The notes beneath the pieces are model-generated. The model did no database searches, had not been told where the DNA came from, and worked only from the letters and a program-made list of their open reading frames with translations. Position numbers and translations under genes: made by a program. A DNA stretch of 64,000 bases, from contig BCKQ01000003.1 of the NCBI GenBank assembly GCA_001600695.1, positions 415,849-479,848 of the forward strand, written 5' to 3'. Positions 43,758 through 56,237 of the stretch are shown here, in pieces (position 1 is the stretch's first letter; every line of letters begins with the position of its first letter). This stretch comes from Ascoidea asiatica JCM 7603 (taxonomy: Eukaryota; Fungi; Ascomycota).

Positions 43758-45941
43758 ATGTGGCAATGTGTGCTAGTATCATGTTTAACTTCTTCTTTAT
43801 TATCAATAATTTCTGTAAATTATTATATAAAAATTTTAAATCATTCATGGCTATTATCAACTGCTTTAATTGTTGCTTTAATAATTCCATTCTCAATGAT
43901 ATTCTTATTACCAATAGATTTAATATCTGCTTCTTTAGATCCAAATGTTATTGATAAAAATTTCTTTTATTTAAAAAATTCAAAACTTTTCATATTCATA
44001 TCTTGGAGATTTATTTATTGGTTTGGCTTTTTATTAACTTGGTTAATATTATCTTTAATTCAATATTATTATCAATCTTATAATTTTAAAACAAATTTAA
44101 AATTTAAAGATTCTATAAAAATGACTTTAAAATTTCAATTATTATATTTAATTTTTGCAATCTTTGGTTTAATTTATATTTATTTTAATATTGGTTTATC
44201 TTTAGATTCAATAAAATCTTTAATAATAATTTTATCTCATTGTTATTCTTTATTAGTTGCAATTTGGTTAATGGGTTATGGTTTATTTTCTTTACCAAAA
44301 TCAATTTATGAATCTTCAAGAATTATAAATGATGAATATAATGATAATTTAATTTCAAATTATTATCTAAAATTTTTGAAAATTAGTGAAAATTATCAAG
44401 ATATTAAATTATCTTTTAAAGAAATTAATCAACTAATTTTTAATTTAAATAATTTAAGAGATTTACCTCAAAATTTATCTTATAGAGATTGGTTATTTCA
44501 TTTATATGATAAAATTCCATTAAATTATAGAAATGATCTATTAAATAATTTCAATAATAATAATAATAATAACAATTTCAATAATAATAATAATAATGTA
44601 AGAAGACCATTATATATTTCAAATTCAGATGATACTGATAATGAAGATGATGATAATGATCCTTTACTAACTTTAACTGATGATACACTTAATGATAAAT
44701 TTTTATTAAGAACAACAAGAAAATTTAAAATTTCTAAAAATAATATTTCTATAATTGAATATCATTATTATCTTTTACTTCATAAAATTATTAAAATTCA
44801 AGATTTATTATCTTCAAAACCAAAAAAAAAATTGATTTTAAGATATAATAAAAATTTAAATTTTTTTCAAAGATTATTCTCAAAAAATCCAAAATTTTTT
44901 TTTTATTTAAATTTTTATATTTATCCAATTTTTTTAAAAATTTTTTCAATTTTTTTAGCAATTTTATCAGTTTTAATTATATCTTCTGAATTTTTTCATA
45001 ATACAAGATTTTCTCTTGTTAATTTAATTGTTATAAAAACTATAAAATATAGTTTTTTTAATAATTCATTTATTGTTTTAATTTTAGGTTATATGTGTTT
45101 TACAGCTTTAGTTTCATTATCAAATATTAAAATATTCAATTATTATCAATTAATTCGTCATAATTCATCACCAGAAAATTCATTATTTTATTCATCTTGG
45201 GCAATTAGAGTAACAATTCCATTATCATATAATTTTTTAACATTATTAAATGAACAAATTTTAAGAAATGTTGATCCAGATCAAGATATTAATTCAAATA
45301 ATTTTTTAAAAAGTCCATTAATTTTAAATAATGATAAAACTCAATTTGCAATGTTTTTAGGTAATGCAATAAATTCAATTAAATTAGGTAAACAAATTAA
45401 TAATATTTTACCATATTTAATTTTATTACCAATGTTAGTTAAATTTTTTTTAGTTAAGTTTAAGAATAATAAAATTTTCAAATTATTTAGAACTGCATAT
45501 AATAGTTATTTTGATATTGATGATTTTTTATTTAATGATGATGGTGAACTGGATAGAGAATATGATGATTTAGAATATAATAGAAATAATTCATCCAATA
45601 GTAATAATAATAATAATAATAATAATACTAATAATAGTAATCGAAATAGAGGTTATAGTTTCACAGCAAATAATAATGATACAGAACGACGAAGAAAAGA
45701 TATTATTATTAATGAAGTTAATAAAATCATTGAAAGAGAACTAAAAAATAAAGATTCATTATTAAATACATATGAAGAAATTAATGGTAGAGGAGATATA
45801 TTTAATATTTTTAACAAATTACCATTTTTCACAAAAATTACAAACTTTGGTATAAATAATTCAATTTCATTACCAAATGATAGTGAAGTTGATCTGACAA
45901 CAAGATTAATAAATAATGATATCAATAATATCAATAATATC

Positions 45942-46002
<61 letters not shown>

Positions 46003-46610
46003 TAGATAAGAATGGGAATAGGAATAAAATATTAAGTAATGATAATATTTTGACAGAAAGACCATTTGCAGATACTTTAGTCCAGAATGTTAATAAAATT
46101 GATAATTTAAATTCAACAAAAAATATACTAAATCCAGAACTTGGAGAAAATTCTAATAATAATAATAATAATTCAAATAATAATGATGGTACTATAACAT
46201 CCAATAGTTCAAAAGAATACCAAGACGATTTATCAAAAAATGTTTTTGGAAATGTTAAGAATAAATTATCTAATGGATTTAATAAAATTATAAATAGAAG
46301 CCAAATGGATAATATTGGCAATGAAAGTAATGAAAATAATGAAAATAATGAAATTGGTCTTGATTATAATCCATTTAGTGATACGATTCATAAATCTAAG
46401 AATAAAAATGATAAAGATTCTGAAGAAAGAGTTGGAAGTTATTACAGTGATCATAGTTACAGAACTACAATTAATGAACGTGGAAGTACATTAAGAAATG
46501 CTGAGGATATAACAGATATTGAAGATTCAACAGAAGATGAAGAAGATCTTAATAATTTAAATAGATTCAATGATGATGAAATTGATCCAAATGAAATATC
46601 ATATTTTTAA
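43758..46610 (+). CDS. LMBR1-family (LMBRD2-like) multi-pass membrane protein
   Basis: IFLLPIDL, WRFIYWFGFLLTW..L, AIWLMGYGLFSLP, IRVTIPLSYNFLT; long Asn-rich cytoplasmic tail. Confidence 0.88.
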
Positions 46611-47393
46611 AAAAAATGGAGTTATTTAGCATTTCATTATAATATAATTATCTTCGATTTTTTTGTGACAATCAGTTTTTTTTTTTTTGCGAACAACAAG
46701 TTTTCAATTGACTATAGACTTTATTAATATTATTTATGATTAACAGTTATTCGAATAATTATTCGTAATTGGATAAATCATTCGTCTAAATTATTCCAAT
46801 TGTTCCAATATAATCCAATAATCCAACATAATCCAATATCATCGTCAATGAAAATAAAAAATGAAAAAATAAATTTCAAATTTCAAACCACCCGTCACCT
46901 GACACATTTGGCGCCACTTTACTGGGTTTTAAAGGAGTTTCTCATTTCTGGTCTCATATTTTAATTTTGAATTTTTCTGTTTTTAAAACAAGAAAAAAAC
47001 TTCAAAATAAATAGAAATATTCAAGTAAAGTCAATCAATCTGAAGATAAAATTTGCAGTTTTTCTCATTTGTATGAGATTATCGAAAGAGAAAAAAAGTA
47101 GTTATGAGTAGCAAGTTTAATCACATCACCTACTGCAATGCCCTTATTGAATCAAATTAAGCAATGATAATGGAAATTACTACTTTAACGTAAATTTCGC
47201 ATGGTTATCTATTGGAAATTCAATCTAAAACAATTGTGAATCAAGTAAACAAAGAAGATGAAAGATTACAGAGAAATTGAAACATAACTGGAATCTCAAT
47301 GGGATATATAAACTGGCCAAATTCTTATTTATGATAAAAAGTTTTTCAAATATCTGTTCAATTCAGTTCAATTCAATTACCTTTATTTTTCAA

Positions 47394-49031
47394 ATGAATA
47401 TACTTAAATATCCACTACCTCCTGTCATACTTCGAGAAATATTAAACCAATTAAATTTTAAAATTTTATGGACACTAACGTTATCCGATACATTTTCCAT
47501 TCAATATATTTCAAAAGATTTACTTTTCAAAAATGTTATTATTTTCCATCATTTAAAGAGAGCAGAAACTAGATTATCCATTTTAAAAAAATCTGATTCA
47601 TTATCTTTAATAATTGATGAAAATGATTGGAAAAATACTACTTATTTTAAAATCTTAGATGATTTAAATAATTCAAATTTAAATTTCTTCAAACAAAATT
47701 CAAATTTTATAACTAATTTAAAATTAGATTTTAAATCTTTTTCTACTTTAAAAAAATTATTCTTAATTTCAAATTCAAATCATTCTTTAAATACTCAATT
47801 TCAAAATCTAAAATATTTAGTTTATCAACATTTAGAATACACTAATCAAGATCAAATATTTGTTCATAAAAGTTTTATTGAATTTCAATTTCAATTCAAT
47901 TCACCTCATGAAGCAAGAAAAACTTTATTACTTAAAGATTTTTCAAATCAAGAAATGAGTCAAGATTATGATTATAAATTTTCTATAGAATTTTTATTAG
48001 CTTGTAAAAATTTAAAAAAATTAGTAAATGCGTATTTGAAACATTCTAGATTTTTAAGTATTTTAAAATTTTGTTCAAATCTTGAATATTTATATATTAG
48101 ACTTCCTCCAAAAGTTATTTTACAAAGTTATATTCTTTATCAAGAAGAAATTATTGAAGTAGATTTTTCAAATTTTGATAATTTATTAAATATAAAATTT
48201 ATTTCTTTAAAAAATATTCAAACAAATGAAATACCAGAATCTTTTCAAAATTTTAAACATTTAAAAGTTTTATATCTTGAACGAAGTGCAGTTTTAAGTT
48301 TAAAAAATTTACCAAAAACTTTAGTTTTTTTAAAATTATCATGGAATTTTATCTCAAATATATCTTATGAAATGTTATTTTTAAAAAATTTAAAATTCTT
48401 AGATTTATCCCAAAATGGAATATTCACATTAGAAAATTTATATTCTTTAACTAATCTAAAAAAATTATATTTGAATAAGAATAGAATCGAAAAAATTGAA
48501 AATTTAGATAATTTAAAAAATCTTGAAATATTAAATTTAAGTTCAAATATAATTAAAAAAATAAATGGATTAAATTCATTAGAAAAATTAAAAGTACTTT
48601 ATCTTAATGAAAATAAAATTGAAAAATTAGAAAATATTAATAATTTAATAAATTTAGAATATATAAGTTTTAAATCAAATAATATTTCAACTCATGATGA
48701 TAATTGTTTTGAAAATTTAAATAATTTAAAAAGAATTAATTTTAATTTTAATAAGATTGAAAATTTAAATTTTTTAGAAAAATTTTGTAATCCTTTATCA
48801 AAATTAAAAGTAATATGTTTACAATATAATCAGATTAAAGTTATACCACCTTTTATGAAAAATTTGATAAGTTTAAAATATCTTGATCTCAGAGATAATT
48901 ATTCTTTTGAACGTGTTGAAAATTTTTCAAATGTTATTAAAATAATCAAAGTTCCAAAAAATTTAAAATCTATTGATACTGATTGGTATAAAAGATGTGT
49001 GGAAAAAGGAAATAAAGTAGTTGTAGAATGA
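47394..49031 (+). CDS. Leucine-rich-repeat protein (SDS22-like LRRs) with F-box-like N-terminus
   Basis: Tandem LxxLxLxxNxIxxIxxL repeats (e.g. LKKLYLNKNRIEKIENL); MNILKYPLPPVILREILNQL is F-box-like. Start ATG chosen at 47394; an alternative ATG is at 47331. Confidence 0.8.
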   Translation: MNILKYPLPPVILREILNQLNFKILWTLTLSDTFSIQYISKDLLFKNVIIFHHLKRAETRLSILKKSDSLSLIIDENDWKNTTYFKILDDLNNSNLNFFKQNSNFITNLKLDFKSFSTLKKLFLISNSNHSLNTQFQNLKYLVYQHLEYTNQDQIFVHKSFIEFQFQFNSPHEARKTLLLKDFSNQEMSQDYDYKFSIEFLLACKNLKKLVNAYLKHSRFLSILKFCSNLEYLYIRLPPKVILQSYILYQEEIIEVDFSNFDNLLNIKFISLKNIQTNEIPESFQNFKHLKVLYLERSAVLSLKNLPKTLVFLKLSWNFISNISYEMLFLKNLKFLDLSQNGIFTLENLYSLTNLKKLYLNKNRIEKIENLDNLKNLEILNLSSNIIKKINGLNSLEKLKVLYLNENKIEKLENINNLINLEYISFKSNNISTHDDNCFENLNNLKRINFNFNKIENLNFLEKFCNPLSKLKVICLQYNQIKVIPPFMKNLISLKYLDLRDNYSFERVENFSNVIKIIKVPKNLKSIDTDWYKRCVEKGNKVVVE

Positions 49032-51999
49032 TAAGTAAGTAATATATACTATATTTAAAAATAAACGAATAATTTTGTATAGTTACAATTTCGGAAGCTA
49101 CTTTTGAAGAGTTTGAAAATACCTCACCTTCTTCACCATTTATATTCAGATCATACAAATTTTAATTATCAAAAGAACCGTCAAACATAGTCTCATTGGA
49201 AATCGAAAAGAGCAAAGTTTTTTGAATGTTTACTGAATTGATGAGATCTCATAAAATTACGATTACTGTCTTTCCATCATTTCAAAGAATTGTTGTAATA
49301 GTTTTGAAGAGCCAAAATAGACCATTAAAAAATATAAAAGCATTTAATACTTGGCATTCAATTAGTATATGGATAAAAATGATTGTTCGAAAGAATTGAA
49401 AGAAACTTGCTCTATTGATTAATCTGTGAGCGAAAATAACATCGAACAATAGCTGGTCTATATTCCGAGAAAAGCAAATCCTTTCATAGAACAGGGAATC
49501 ATATTTAAATTGAAATTCAATCTCAATTTTTCTTTAAAAGTCGAGTAACCAATAAAATAATCAAATATCGGTTGTTTTGTTTTGAATTAACATCAAGTTA
49601 AAATCAAATAAGATGAAATTTCGGTTATTTTACTCGAAAAAACCGTTAGAATACTTCATTCTAACTTTATTTTTTTGACGGTTGAAATTGTTTTTGCTTT
49701 CAGCTAATAGAACTTTATTATTAATATTCTCATTAGACCGGTTTTTAGTCTGAACCTTAAAGCTTGGTATACTCTACAACCAACTTAAAATATAAAGAAC
49801 AAGGAGGTTAGAGAATCAATTATAAGCACGTGAACTCATTAAAACAACTTTAGTTAATTGAAATAATTTTATATTCGAATAATGTGTGATCATTCAAATA
49901 ATTTTGAAAGACCATCACAGTTCCAATAAAGCCAGAGTTTTTCTGTACGTAACCACAAAAGTTTTTTTTTTTTGCTCTCCCTCGAGATTCGCTCCACAAT
50001 TGCAGAAATCTTTTCAAAGTGTCAAATATTCATTTTTTTGCGCAGAAATGTATTAAACAAAGTGGAATAGCGGATCAATTGATTCACCTTGATTATTGTT
50101 GAATGTTTGTAGTCAGCATGTAAAATTGACATTTACAAATTGTATGGGTAACCGAATATATTTTGTTTATTGATATAAATCCTAACGATTCTAGACACTA
50201 GGCCTGACCTCGGGGAAACCCGAATTACCCACAACATTGTGGCTCAAAAGAAATGAGCCAATGAGAATACCCATAGGTAGTTTCACGTGGAGTAGTGTTA
50301 GTTCTCAGACGACAGAGTCACGGAAAAAAAAATATTTTCCCGGGCGTTACTACGGCTACCATGAGACCAAAAATAAATAAGGTTTGGTTCCAGATCCAGC
50401 GCAAAAAACTTTGAGCCAATATGTACGCTGTAAGCCGTCAGCATGCGTCTATGACTGTTTTAGTGCAGCAGAGCCACGCTTCACGGCACGCAATTTTATC
50501 CAACCCAGGAACGTGGCGCATGTCTCGAAGCGTGCGCACACTTCCACAATTTGTCAGTCGTTGGGTTTTACTACGTAAGAAAGCCGTTGAGCAATTTAGT
50601 AAAAGTAAAAGAATCAAAATAAACACCTTTAAAAATGTGGATGAAAAGTCTGTTTCTGTAATTTGACTCATTTTCATTCAATAATTTAGATTTAAATTTA
50701 GTTTTGGGTATTTTTATGAGCATTTTCGATCTTCCCAATATTCTTTAAAGTGTAGAAATGTTAACAAATGAGAAGAATCCTTTGTGTTAAAGTTAAAAGA
50801 AAATGAAAAGAAATGAAAAGAAACAAGAAGATTTATCTTAATAGAAGATTCTTTTGTTAAAAAACTTTTTGTTAATAACTTCAATTACTGTTAAACGGGA
50901 ACAGGTGCAAATTATAATTCAGAATTATAACACCATATTTTTTATACTTTACTTCAACTTTTTCTGCAATTCACGTATTTAAGTATAACTTAGGTACCTA
51001 AAGTTCAAACAAATACTCGCTCCATTTTTATTTATATTACTCTAATTAATAAGAAAAAATATTAGATTTATTCGGATCTTCAATAAAAGAATTTCTTTCA
51101 AAATTGCACTTCAAATAATTCATCAATAAAGTAAACTTTTTTAAAGAAAATTCTTTACAATTTATTTGATTTATTAATTTATACCTTTATAACCCACTAG
51201 ATTTATAATTATTAAATAGGTTAATTTTTAAATCATATAAAATTGACTGCTCAAAATTATATTTTAATTATAAATATCTTTTAAAAAACTTATTCCTTCA
51301 ATTCACTTTAGGATTGTATTAGTATACCGTTTTATTTCTTTCATTTTTTAAAAATAATTATCGAGTTTCTTAAATATAAAAATCACATCATTCATTGTAT
51401 TCTAATTATCCATCAATTTTTTCTTCATAAAAATTTCAATAATTCCCTACTTTAATATCAGTTAAATCTCCATAAAAATATATTCCAAATAGTTTTTTAA
51501 CAATATAAACTATTATTATAATTACCTATAATATATAATAATTTAGTATCATCACTAATATCCCCTAAAATATAATTTAAAGTCCATAACGTTCATAAAA
51601 AGACCTTTATAGTTTTTCATTCAAATCAAATATTATAATCCATTAAAAATTTTAGGCAAATATAATATACTGAATTGTTTATTATTATAGTTTGATTTAT
51701 TATTTTATTAAAAGGTGTTATTAATTTATTCTTATTTAAAGAAAATTTCATAATTTATTTTCATACTTATACTTTACTTCACCCTATAAATTCCATTTGC
51801 AAAAGAAATTGTATAAATTTATCATTAATTAACTATAAATCAACCAATCACTATTGAAAAACTTATACATTTATTCATTACTATATTTGATAAGCTTATC
51901 ATCTTTTCATTTTTAAACTTATAATTAATTCATATACCATATATACTGTATATATCAGAGTATATTGAAAGTAAATTTACTTTATACAAAATAAATCTA

Positions 52000-52441
52000 A
52001 TGTCAAATCAAACAGAAAATAATCAAAATCAATTGGATAACAATCTTACAAATGAAATAGATAAGATGGAATGTAATTCTGATATTCAAGATAATAATCA
52101 AATACAATCAAATAATGAAAGTTCAATAACAATAGACTCCAATATTAAAGATACATCATTAGAAACAAAAGATAGTGAATTATCGCCACAAATTAAACCC
52201 AAAAGACCAAGATCAAGGTATGGTTGCTTAACTTGTAGAAAAAGAAAAAAAAAATGTGATGAAGTTAAACCAGTTTGTGGATATTGTTCAAAAAAGAATG
52301 TACAATGCCTTTGGAAACCTCCTGGAACTGAAAATAAAAATATACGAAGAAAAAAAGAAATCAAATTCATTAATTTAAATATTCAATCCAAACCACTACC
52401 AATATCTTCTACTCAACATTCAAATAAATCAAATAAAATCA

Positions 52442-52478
<37 letters not shown>

Positions 52479-54663
52479 TAGTAACTCAATATCAAAAAAT
52501 TTAAATAAAAATTCAATTTTTGCAAATATTAGTTCTCTAAATTTCTCAAATTACAACATTAATAATAATGCAATTTCACTTGCAAATAAAAAGAAGCATA
52601 CCTTAGATGAAGTAGATTTATCAAGTTTTTCATATCCAACTAATAATAATTTAAATAGAATAAAATCACCTAGATTGAATATAACAGAATCATCAATCAA
52701 TGTAATTAACTCTCCACTAATAATTCCTTCTTTTGAATCTTCTTCTCCATCTTCTTTAGATGAACTTGAACCAGATGATCAACCAAAAAACAATGGAGCT
52801 AATTCAAATAAAAATAGTGGAAACAGCAGTGCACAAAACAGTTTGAAAAACAGTCCAAACAAACTTTTAGCTAAGGAAACTGATCATAAAGCTAAAAATC
52901 CAGATGTTTATAATCAAAAAAATAATAGTAATATATTCAGTGATGATAAAGATATTGAAAATGACGATTTTGATCAATGGGCTTTAGATGCAGAACAGAG
53001 TGCAACTGTCACAACTTTAGTGCCAGACAAACCAAAAGTGAATTCAGCTTTCTACCCTTCCACATTGTTATATCAACAACAACTTCCAAATGCAAATGAT
53101 AGTTTCGATCCACTAATCAAAAAATCTTTCGATGATGTATTTTCATTTTGTATGAATGAAAATAATCTTAACAGTCGTAGTAACGAATTCAATAGTGATA
53201 ATTTTTCGAACTTCAGTTCATTTCTTGAAAAGGTAGTTCCAGATATCGAGAGCTCCTCAAGTATGACTAATTGTTCTCAAAATAATAATCAACAACAAGC
53301 TTTAATTAGGCTATTGAATAATTATTTACCTTTATATCAATCACCAAATATAAGCTTACCGATGGTTATAAATAATAAGGAAATGTCTTACTTTGAATAC
53401 TATTGTAATTCAGTTGCATCTACAATTTCAATTGTACCAAAGGAGTCTAATTATTTTTTAAAATTATTTTTACCTATGGCTCTAAAAGAAAAATCTATTT
53501 TATATTGTTTAATAGCCTGGGGATCCATATTTGAACAACTGCATGAAACTAAAAGAGAAGCACAATTAACCCAATTGAAACAATTAGGCAACCAACGAGA
53601 TGATAATAATAGTAATAATAATAATCTTGATTTATTTGATCCTAATTTAGATTTGAATAAACAAGTAAGTTATAATACTGAAGGAGATATTTTCATTCAG
53701 AAAGCTATTTCCATAATCAATCAAATGCAAACCAATGAATATTCTAATCTACAAAAATTAACTAATAGAACATTTATAACATGTCTTAGCTGTTATATGA
53801 TATTGGTTTGTATTAAAATATCAACTGGAGATACACATGCTTGGGCTAAATTTCTCAATGATTGCTTTTTTATGATAAATAAGATGGGAGGATTTAGTAT
53901 ATTAAAAACTTTTTCTAATGAAGGTAAAATTTTAGCAGAAAATTTTGCTTATTTTGATATTCTAGCTTCACAATCCAACGAAAATGGTACATATTATCCA
54001 ATTGAGCAATATTATGATTTAGTCAACATGAGAAATGATTTCACTGTGATTGATTCATTACAGGGATGTATTAAAAATCTTATTTTAATTTTGGGAGCAG
54101 TTATCAATTTAAATGTTCAGCTAAAATTATTGCAAAGTTATGAGGATCCAAATTTCAAAAGCTTTGATCAATTGAATAATATATTAAAAAGAGCAGCTTC
54201 TTACGATTTACAAACAGAAAACTGTAAACCTGACCTAAGGGAGTTTAAGTCGTTCACAAAACAAAAGGATATAGATAATCACCTAAAGCTATTCGAACTA
54301 TATCAAATAACCATACGGCTTTATATTAGACAAAGTATAAGAAAGTTGCCTCCAATTGTACCTGAGATTCAGATAATGTTATATAAAATGAACAGACTTC
54401 TAAACGAACTAATTGATACACCAGTAAGAAGTTCCTTATGCTTTCCAATGTTGATAAGTGGATTAAATTCTGTGACTAATAAGGATAGAAAAGAGGTTAT
54501 TGATAAATTTAATAAACTAGTTAAAAATTACGAATTTGAGAGTATAAAAAAGGCATGGATTATCATTCAAGAAGTTTGGAAACTTAATAATAACGGGAAT
54601 ATCTGTGTTGATTGGTATAAAATTACAAAGAAATTTGGATGGAGATTAAATCTTGGACGTTAA
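52000..54663 (+). CDS. Zn(II)2Cys6 transcription factor with fungal-specific TF domain (Uga3-like group)
   Basis: RSRYGCLTCRKRKKKCDEVKPVCGYCSKKNVQCLW; ENFAYFDILAS, DSLQGC, C-terminal CVDWYKITKKFGWRLNLGR. Confidence 0.9.
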
Positions 54664-55499
54664 AATTTTGTGTAAATCAGCAAATAGCTCTGTAAAATTT
54701 CTACCAAACAATTAACCAGATCAATGGCAGCTTGGTCATAAATGCTACCCTAACTTTTAATTTCATTTTTTCCATAATGTACTTATTTCTTTAATTTAAA
54801 CAAATATTTTCATATTTTTTTCTCTTTAAACATTAGGTTCGGTTTTAAAAAAAATTATTTAGTTATTTTTCATTTTCCATATGCTTTAGTATCTTCTTTT
54901 TTTTCTTTCTGTAAGTTCTATTCCATAAATTATTCTTCTTTTTTGATTTCACTGTTATAATATATTTGTAAATCAATCATTTTATTGCAAATTTTTCACT
55001 GAAAAACAATTTATTCAGAAAACTGGATAAGACAAAAATTATAGTACTATCTGAAACCATTTATATCTTTAACAATTGAAAATTGAAAAACCAACCTTTA
55101 CTAAAAAAACATCAAGCGCTAGTATTAATATAGTGCAGTAAGTACATTGAATGAAAGGCTTTGTAATAATCATATAGTCTAAAGGCGATATCTATTAGTG
55201 TTGTAATATTCTTCTGGGATATTTATAGTTTCTTATCAATAACATTTATCTATTTTTCTTTGTTTTTTAGGACAATTGTCCACCTATCTAGACAAATATG
55301 AATGTACAATCTCCTACAATTAGAAACCATTATAAAATTAATTTATAATGCTCAATCAATTTCAATCCTTTTAACATAGTGTTAAAATTTTCGACTTCCT
55401 AAAGGTTGATCTACCTAAACTGAAATTTAACATAAAGCTGAAACTTATAATTCTGTTTTGGTTTATAATATAGCCGATAGAATTAGATTAGTCTCACAC

Positions 55500-55599
55500 T
55501 GTGTCTTTTAAATTTTCCTAACCTAACCTGAAAAAGTTAGGATTTATAGTCCAATTTTCAAAAAGTTAGGTTAGGATCAAACCTAACTTTTAAACACTA
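55500..55599. mobile_element. Possible ~100-bp hAT-type MITE with CCTAAC/GTTAGG subterminal repeats
   Basis: Right end reverse-complements to TAGTGTTT; flanks CTCACAC(T) at 55493 and CTCACACA at 55600-55607 look like an imperfect 8-bp TSD; six CCTAAC/GTTAGG copies in both orientations. Confidence 0.4.
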
Positions 55600-55681
55600 C
55601 TCACACACAACACCTTTGTTGATTATGTAAGCAGTTTGTAAAGTACCATAGATCCCATCGTGAATGGAGTGTTTTGGGCCC

Positions 55682-56237
55682 TGCTTACATAATTAATGAA
55701 ACAGATAATACTACCATATAAAATAATTTATAAAAAAATAAAATATGAAATAGTATTATTTGAGTCTGTTGCAGATAGTAGCGAAGATAAGCAAAAAGAA
55801 TGAAAACAAAAAACAAAAAAAATAAAAGAACACAAGTATTTATATATATAAAAAAATAACGTTTTGGTCATGTGGAATAAAAGCCTAAACAAAAAACAAA
55901 AATTCAAATAAGTTAGAGCTATAATGCAAAAGTTGACATATAAAGTGAAAGCTAAAGGTGAAACAAATAATTGAAACACATAATAAAAACTGAACAAACA
56001 GTAAAAATTGAAACACATAGTAAAAATTGAAATACATACTATTAAGACACATATGAAAAATTAAAACAAAGAGAAAAAATTAAAACAAATAATTTGAACA
56101 GATAATAAAAATTAAAACAAATTTTAAATCACGTGACAAAAAAGCATATTACGTTGGAAAGGCTATGTGTAAAACGTTTAAAATAATAGATAATAAAACT
56201 GGTGTCAAAAATAGTACTAGTAGTATTTCTGTCAACA
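55682..56237. mobile_element. 556-bp TG...CA insertion (solo-LTR-like) inside the left TIR of the pogo element
   Basis: Begins TGCTTAC, ends GTCAACA; 4-bp duplication GCCC at 55678-81 and 56238-41; removal restores GGGCCCTCAGAATT matching the right TIR; internal ~19-bp degenerate repeats (TAAAAATTGAAACACA) at about 55967-56121. Confidence 0.75.

Noticed and set aside
45653-46321. Antisense or alternate-frame ORFs inside large genes (also 16010-16417, 18290-18496, 21367-21849, 41954-42163, 52098-52370)
   Set aside because: Shadows of AAT/SQ repeats and biased codon usage of the real genes
48970-49600. Minus-strand coding-like fragment with a hydrophobic tail downstream of the LRR gene
   Set aside because: Multiple stops and no recognisable family; insufficient support
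50363-50368. GAGACC as an eighth copy of the bipartite motif
   Set aside because: The CC..CA half-site is absent at the required spacing
55517-55587. GTTAGG/CCTAAC repeats as an interstitial telomere
   Set aside because: Only pairs of units, in both orientations; more consistent with transposon subterminal repeats
55967-56121. About 19-bp degenerate repeats that might suggest a CRISPR-like array
   Set aside because: Adjacent tandem units without unique spacers, in a eukaryotic LTR-like element
56128-56137. ATCACGTGAC, a CDEI-like box beside AT-rich DNA (point centromere?)
   Set aside because: No CDEIII-like TTCCGAA element at a suitable distance on either side, and it lies inside a mobile insertion
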